Below, one piece after another: positions 20,832 through 34,009 of a DNA stretch of 34,009 nucleotides. A program made the position numbers and the translations under genes. The notes beneath the pieces were generated by a model. The model was not told the DNA's origin. It searched no databases and was given only the letters and a program-made list of their open reading frames with translations. This stretch comes from Priapulus caudatus. Lineage: Eukaryota. Numbering within the stretch: position 1 is the first letter of the stretch; each line of letters starts with the position of its first letter. Location of the stretch: NCBI RefSeq assembly GCF_000485595.1, contig NW_014577072.1, positions 974,818 to 1,008,826 of the forward strand, in the 5' to 3' direction.

Positions 20832-22537
20832 AATGGGACAGAAAGCCCGTCTATCAATTTTGGACGGTTAAACAAAACGATCACTGGATGGCGTTACCGT
20901 CATTTCTACTAGACTGGTACTCGCTCCCACCTCGATTACTCGATGAACCCCCTAAGCCGAGAGGTGGGACCTGGTACCAGTCCACATTTCTACTCGGTGT
21001 TCTAGATTTTCTCACTACGTGGCAGCACTAACCTTGTTTCTTCTGCTCGAGTAGAAATTAGAATCACTGGCAGCTGGCTGTTCCAACAAATCAGTAAAAA
21101 TAAAAATAATGTATAATAAATCTTATTGCACCACTACTCATAGCTCTCCTATCTGCGGTAAACAACTCATTACTGCAAAAAAAGCCTAACGTCGGCGTGA
21201 ATGCCGACTCTCTGCACTAAGCTGCGTACTTACCATACAATGATACATAATCCCCATGAACTATTCCCCATACCACATGAACTACTGACAAGAGGTGCAG
21301 ACAAAAGCAGAAATGAAAAACTCAATTGAAAGGAGAGTAAACTGGTTGTTAAATGTTAGTGCCATAAGCAGCAAAGTAGACCAAGGTCATGTAAGAGTCT
21401 TAATATCGGCAAATATTTTAATAAACATTTATTAACATTTTCCAGATACATAGCTAACAACGCCCAAAACTCAACAGGGGATGAATAGATCCCTAAAAAC
21501 AACATTGCGAATCAACAAGGCATACTGTGGCAAAGCACACTACAAGTAATGACGACTTGACAGCTTGTCTGCACATACATTTTACTATATAATACAGCCA
21601 GTTATATACAGAAAGGAGTCGCCGGTTTTGCCTAGCACACGGATGCACAGTAATTTCTGAACAGCATTTTACAGCAACACTACTGTAACCTGAAAATCAT
21701 AATCAGGTCCAGTCTATATATACATAGTGTAAGGCCAAGAGAGATCAGTGGTGAAACGATATGGTTATATAATATCATGTAGACAACTCGTTTTTGTAGC
21801 AAGCACCAATTTCCTCTTTTCCATCACCCACCTGGGCTACACCATCGAGTCAAAGACAGTATGCACCATGTGACAGCACAACTCTTAGTTCGAATACTCA
21901 CCAATTGACTAGATTTATAACTGCATAACGAGCAAAACTGGATAATACGTGAAATGATCTTGATGATTGTCATATTTAGTGGTAACAAATACTGCTGTCA
22001 CACATGCAAGGATACATTTGCATGCTGGAATACAACAGTAGAGATTGTAAACTTGAATGAATAACGCAACTAAAGCAATTACATCGTGTCATTTTTAATG
22101 AAATAATACACCTTTATATTCATACTGAATCTGTAATCTTTTGGAACAGTGGTTACATTTACAGTTACAGTTACATTAAGTTAAGTTGTTACTTACATTT
22201 ACAGCAACCAGATGCTCAGTTTCCCAAGAACTATTATCAAACAGCCTTGCCTGTTAATCAAGATGCATTTCCTATAATAACGACTGACAGTGACAATCAA
22301 CCACTGATGCAGTTTCCTACCAACACTGGACAATTCTCCGTCTTTACAACCGTGCCATCACTTACATACCAAATGAGTACTTCACTTCACAAAATATCCA
22401 TTGAGTGGAGAGAGTGACTTTAACCAGAACTATTTATTAGGTAATGCTATTAGGTCAAGTTGTAATAAGGGATAAATAATGCAAAGGATGGACAGCTGTT
22501 ACAGTGCAAGGGAGGCTGTAGGAAGATGCTTGCCTCC

Positions 22538-28472
<5,935 letters not shown>

Positions 28473-29751
28473 CTATTGAAATACGTATCAGCGCAAGTTA
28501 TTAGTGATGACAATTTACCTACAAACAGCAGCATGATTGACAGGCGGCTCTAGCCAATCAGCATTGTGAGATGCATTGAAAACAATGCTTTGTAACAACT
28601 GCCAGTAAAGTCAACATTTGACGAGCAGATGCGTAAGCACTGTCACTCTCATAACCTCATAAATAATAGTATTTACAAGTCCAGGAATATAACAAAGATG
28701 GAGAGACAAGTTGTTCCAATCGACAGATCAACACTGCGGATTGCAGTGGAAAAGCAGCATATTTGCAATTACTATAGACAAAGGGAGAGAATTCTAATAC
28801 GGAATGACAAACACGAAAAAGCTAAACTTAAAGGATCCTTTAGAGCTGGCACAGGTCGAAAGAAATTATCAAATTCTTACAAATTTTTGTGGTGTTATTA
28901 TTAGTAGCGATCATCGCTGGAGATGGCCCACATTGATTAGATTTGAAAGAGCATCTCGTTCCTTTGATATGTTACGGTGTAAACTTAGCTTTGCGAATTC
29001 TAAAACTCGATCCCTGGCCTTTCTCATGGTTCTCCCATATTAGAATATATGCTTTGCAGGCTGGTCTGCCGCTGCTATACACACTTCAGACTGCTCAAAT
29101 TGATCCATTCAAGCTTAAAGCTGCAGAGATGGGTGTTCAAAAACTATATCGATGATAGTGGCTGATGTTGTTTGGCTCTGCGTTTGACTGGCCTCCTCCT
29201 TCCTTGTCCTGCTTTCTCCATGCTAACTTTATAACTTTCCATTTAAAATTTCTTATGGTCAGGTGAGATTGCATCTCCCCCTCTTGCCAGCTTAAATGAA
29301 GCCTGCTTGCGATTGCCTCGATCATTGCTGAGCATTGATGCTTACGTTCGGCATGTCGCCATCTTCGAGTGTGATTCCCTTTTTAAGTTTACCTTCTTTG
29401 TTTCTGTCATTCCGTTATACGGGTATGCTAGTGCCTACTGCTGGCTTGCTGCTACTACTACTAGCCCTACTACTGGGTAATTGCAAATGTTCAGGCCTTT
29501 GCCACTGCAAAATCTGCCAGACTGTTGATCTCAGTCGTCTTTGCATCAAATTATCTCTCCGTCTTCGTTATAACATAGTACCTGACTCTCTGAAGAGACT
29601 AGTTAATATGAGGTTAGGAGCTAGGTTATCACGCTTCAGATGATAGGAATCACTAGGCCTATAATTATCCTTGGAGCCGATCGAATTCAGGTTTCAAGGA
29701 ATAGCAGAAATGGAGGCTCCCCACATAACCAATGTATTTACCATCAATATA

Positions 29752-31410
29752 AAATACAAGTGCCGCGTGAGCGACAGCGCTCATCTAACGTCTACTGCGT
29801 CTAACTCTAACCATCAAACATCTAACATCTAACTCTACGTGAGCTACTGTGGTTGGAGTGGTGGGAGTTCGTTAGTACACCCTGTTCAGTCCCAAATGTT
29901 TACAAATACTCGCCGAAACAATGTGGAGAAGGCCAGCAGGGATTGTATCGAGGAACCTTCTCAAGAGGCAAGTTCAGCTTGGGATCGTTACTGAAAGTTG
30001 CCAGCGAGATGGCGGTCGACGTTTAAGTGTACTTCCAGGATTAAGATGGAAGCTCCCAGTCGTACGTACAGTAGTAACAACATTTGCAAGACAAGCAAGT
30101 AGGAAGCACCACTCCATTTACCTACGCAAGCCTTACAGCTTGCAATAAGAGAGCTATGCCACCTGTAAGCTAAATTGTAAACGGCCAGGCAAAAGACACA
30201 CAGTACCACTCATCGACTTTATTCGATCATCGGGTTGAACCAGTGGCTCGAACAAGCGTTGGGGTCTTATCAAAAATCCATAACTCGATTTAATCGAAAC
30301 AAAAAAATCAAAAAACCTGATCAAATTTTTTAATCTTGACAAGAAAACTGTGAAACAGTGATGACGAATCGTCATCTGTATTATCACACAGTATGTAACA
30401 GTGCAAACACAACAGTAAACAGGCGGTAACAAGCACATACATGACACACGTACGACCACACGACGTACGGCACACGCGCAGCGCATTCAACACCGAGTTA
30501 ACCCGCATTGTGAACCGATCATGCGGTTACTTCGGGTCGAAACGCGTGACGATTACGAAATCTACAACCGATTGACAGACACTTAGTACACACACACATG
30601 CACGGGGCACTGGCAGTGGCCCACGTGGCAGTGGCATACGTTCAGCTGTACACACTGACAGTACAGACTAAAGCCATCCCGAAAGTTATACAATTTAAGG
30701 AGGCATAAACCTTTCTTCATAACCAAATTTTGGCTTTGTGAATTCTCCACTGTGACCATGTCGTAGCGCTCATACATCAGCATGTATAGAGGTTCTCTAG
30801 CAACCCGAGCAACAGATCAAATTCTTTTCTAACAGCAAAGAATATCCATGTTAACCCGCTCTCTGAGGGTCAAAAGGTTATCCGACACTTACTCTTCGCA
30901 TGTCAGCAGAAGTTCGCATGTCGCATGGTCCTTTTGAACAATAAAGCCATAAAAATGCTAGGTCACAGCTGAAACAAAAAAGTTTTGCAATCGCTCCGTC
31001 AGACCATGTCCTCAGAAAATGTCTAAAATCTGCCCTGTGCCTCATTGACTTTTGACCTGTGACCTCCAATTTTGGCACTGTGATGGCTTTTCCTACCATG
31101 ATGCTGTACACCGACTATCACGAGCCTAGGTCGAGCCATTTAGATTTGTGCCGCAATTCTGCATTTCCTCCCTATACCTTAAGTTAAGGAGTGAATGTTC
31201 CCCCTTCTTTTACACCTCTTGACATTTGACCTTTGACCCCCAGCTTTGACATCCCAACTCGTTTTCGGATTACCCCCCCACGTCTCGAATATCGTGACCG
31301 TACGTCGAGCGGTTAAGATTTGTGCTTAACTGTTGACGGACGAACGCTCGCACGGACGGACGATCATGCGATTCTACAAGCTGCATCTGACTACGTCAGA
31401 TGAGCTAAAA
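29752..31410 (-). mobile_element. HINE/Helentron copy 5, with a ~380-bp internal insertion
   Basis: ACAAGTGCCGC.TGAGCGACAGCGCTCATCTAACG start; GCATCTGACTACGTCAGATGAGCTAAAA end; extra sequence at ~30205-30585. Confidence 0.82.
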
Positions 31411-31699
31411 ATCTCGTAACTCCTCCGGAGATAGCGCTCCCTGCAGGTTTGTAAACCAGGGTAATTGCCTGTTTATTATTTAAAAATCCCTTACTGGTGC
31501 TATTAGATTGTTTGGCTAATGAACATATTCGTATACGGGACGTCATTCATGTGAAAATCATACATGATCCAATTGGGCAGGGCTCGTCAGGGAGCTTAGA
31601 ACCAGGGAGGCCTTGAACCCAGAATGCAATTCACCACCATTACACACGTATAAACGTGCAGTTGCTTCGGTATACAAAACCACAGATTATTTTGCAGAA

Positions 31700-32700
31700 A
31701 TTTACTAGTAATTAAAAGTCAAGGGTGGTTTAGAGCGGGCAATGCGAAGAAGTTTACATTTTTCATGACTGAAAGACACCCCAAGTTGTTGCCCATGCCT
31801 CAGCACAAGTACTAAGGACACTAGAGGGCCAACTGCAGTGTTGTAGTCGAGTCCGCACACCCCCGAGTCCGAGTCCGAGTCCGCACCCCCCCCTGAGTCC
31901 GAGTCCGTGCCACCCGAGTCCGAGTCCACACCACCAGAGTCCGAGTCCAGTTTTGATTTTTTTTTAAAGGGAAAAAATCGGAAAAAGGGAAAAAGTCGGG
32001 AAAAAAGCGGAAAAGGGAAAAAATCGGGAAAAAAGGGGAAAAATCGGTAAAAAGAGAAAAAAGGGAAAAAATCGCAACAGTGCATCGTAGACATTCAAAA
32101 GTGTATAGTCAGCCGAAAACACAGAGACACAAGTCATACAAAACGTGTCAAAGTAACAGATCCATTTGTGTTTTACGAGAATGACACGGCTTGTTGAACC
32201 AAATGAGAGAGTGCTAGTGCCTTCGAAGTGGTAGAAAAAGCGCAAAGGGACAAAGTGATAGCAGATTCAAACCAAAGGGACAAGAATCTTAATCGAGCCA
32301 CTGAAAACGTTACAAGATTAGGCCGTGTATCTAGAAAACCTAGAAGTTTTAGTTTTAAATTATTGTAAACTGCGTGTTACAATATGTACAGTTGTGTACT
32401 ATGTATGTAGTGCATGGCCTCGACCCGAGTCATCGCACTCCGAGGCCAAGACCGAGACCGAGACCAAGGAAAACGGTCTCGAGACCTACAACACTGGCCA
32501 ACTGACCATCCATATAGAAGAAAGTGCGGTATAGAACTGCGTCATCAGCAAAGCGAATAGGAGTAGAAGAGTCAGTTTTGGCAACAAATCATTTATGAAG
32601 AATAAACAACAATGATCAATGGACTAAGCACAGAACCATGTGGTATGACCAATGTGACAGCAGCCACTGCTATCCTTGATCCTTGATCGAAGCTTCTTAG
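31700..32700 (-). mobile_element. Decayed CR1/L2-group LINE RT fragment (second copy), interrupted by a hAT MITE
   Basis: IPHGSVLSPL..LFI..INDL, IRFADDAVLYRT and AWATTWG.FSHEKCKLLRIARSKPPLTFNY are read on the minus strand across indels. Confidence 0.78.
31836..32496. mobile_element. hAT MITE (copy b) with 8-bp TSD
   Basis: TIR CAGTGTTGTAG / CTACAACACTG; GCCAACTG at 31828-31835 and 32497-32504; GAGTCC/GAGACC subterminal repeats. Confidence 0.88.
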
Positions 32701-32768
32701 AGCTGTAGTGGCCTCTTGTATGTAGCACTTGTATGGCAATGTCTCATAGTAATGGCACATGTATATTT

Positions 32769-33632
32769 AACAAGAGCCGCAGAGCGTCTGGGCTCATCTG
32801 AGGTCTGTTGCTACGATTATAAACGTAAAATTTCAGTCGTGCGTAGTACCACATTTGTTAGGCGCAGCCATAATTGCAGACACGGCAGTTGCGTACACAT
32901 CATTGTTAGGACACGCCCACTATCGCAGATGGAGGGTGGGGGAGGGGCGGAGCGAGGGGTGGGGAAGGGGCGGGGGGAGGGGTGGGGGAGGGGGAAAGGG
33001 AGGGTGGGGGGAGGAGGCCTCTAATAGCCAAAGCAGTTCACTCCATTGTTAACAGTCAACAAATCCATGTTTAAGCACTCCTCTGAGGGTCAAAAAGGTT
33101 ATCAGACACTTACTCTTCGCACGTCAGTGGAAAGCAAATTTCATTGGTCCTTTCAATAAAGCCATAAAAATGATAGGTCACCGCTGAAACAAAAAGTTTT
33201 TTCAATCGTTCGTCAGACCAGTCTCAGAAAATGTCTAAAATCTGCCCTGTGCCCCATTGACCTTTGACCTGCTGACCTCCAATTTCACACAGTGATGGCT
33301 TTTTCCTACCGTGATGCTATACCACCAACTATCACGAGCCTAGGTCGAGACGTTTAGATTGTGCCGCAATTCTGCATTTCCTCCCTATACTTAAGTTAAG
33401 GAGGGAATGTTCCCCTTCTTTTACACCTCTTGACCTTTGACCTTTGACGCCCCAGCTTCGCACATCTCAACTCGTTTGGATTACCCCCCCACGTCCCGAA
33501 TATTCGTGACCGTACGTTCGAGCCGTTTAGATTTGTGCCAACTGTTGACGGACGGACCGCACGACGGACGGACGCACGGACGGACGATCAGGATTCTCAA
33601 GCTGCATCTGACTATGTCAGATGAGCTAAAAA
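32769..33632 (-). mobile_element. HINE/Helentron copy 6 (copy-4-type 3' end, internally deleted or collapsed)
   Basis: ACAAGAGCCGCAGAGCGTCTGGGCTCATCTGAGG start; (GGAC)n and GCATCTGACTATGTCAGATGAGCTAAAA end. Confidence 0.78.
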
Positions 33633-33869
33633 CTGGTAAAACTGGTAGGTGGCGCTGGGTTAAATGTGGACGGTCCGAGTAACGAACTCAGCCAGGAGCC
33701 TATGCTCCTATGCTATTATCACAAACAATTTCTGATCTATCCGTCATAAAGTAAGAAATCAAGTTTAAACTTTAAGGTAGTAAATAAGTAATATCCAACC
33801 GTAAGTGACTAAGTTTGAAAATTAAGAGAGATCGTGAGGAACCCTATCATTCCTTGCACATAATTGAAA

Positions 33870-34009
33870 TCAACAGTTGGGAACAAATGTTAACCGCTCG
33901 ACGTACGGTCACGATATTCGAGACGTGGGGGGTAATCCGAAAACGAGTTGGGATGTCAAAGCTGGGGGTCAAAAGGTCAAATGTCAAGAGGGTGTAAAGA
34001 AGGGGGAAA
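33870..34009 (+). mobile_element. HINE/Helentron copy 7, inverted, cut by the window end
   Basis: Matches 18878 onward; reverse complement of ~31195-31335. Confidence 0.78.

Noticed and set aside
21375..21402. Possible alternative IDH3A last exon (ag|TLT..DLG-like)
   Set aside because: Needs a frameshift, has an in-frame TGA, and the similarity does not continue.
32930..33020. G-quadruplex-like G-run
   Set aside because: It replaces several hundred bases of expected HINE body in a noisy region; likely a low-quality base-calling artefact.

Overview
Eukaryotic (animal, probably lophotrochozoan; taxon is an inference) intron-rich genomic DNA. Two conserved multi-exon genes lie on the minus strand. 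SMC6 has 20 coding exons at 3426..14685, and IDH3A (NAD-isocitrate dehydrogenase alpha) has 9 visible exons at 22538..28472, with its first exon(s) not located. A small spliced Cys-rich, EMI-like gene end is likely on the plus strand (677..1198). The rest is dense in non-autonomous elements: seven copies of a Helentron/HINE-type element, several MITEs with readable TIRs/TSDs, and a decayed LINE RT fragment. A ~5 kb composite (HINE-LINE/hAT-HINE-spacer-inverted HINE) occurs twice. The most unusual signals are two SMC6 introns filled with minisatellites built from the intron's own 5' splice site, one of which also forms an array of potential 12-nt microexons. Parts of the window (about 4300-4980, 15250-19550, 24950-34009) show indel noise typical of unpolished long-read consensus, so frameshifts there are not trusted as real.
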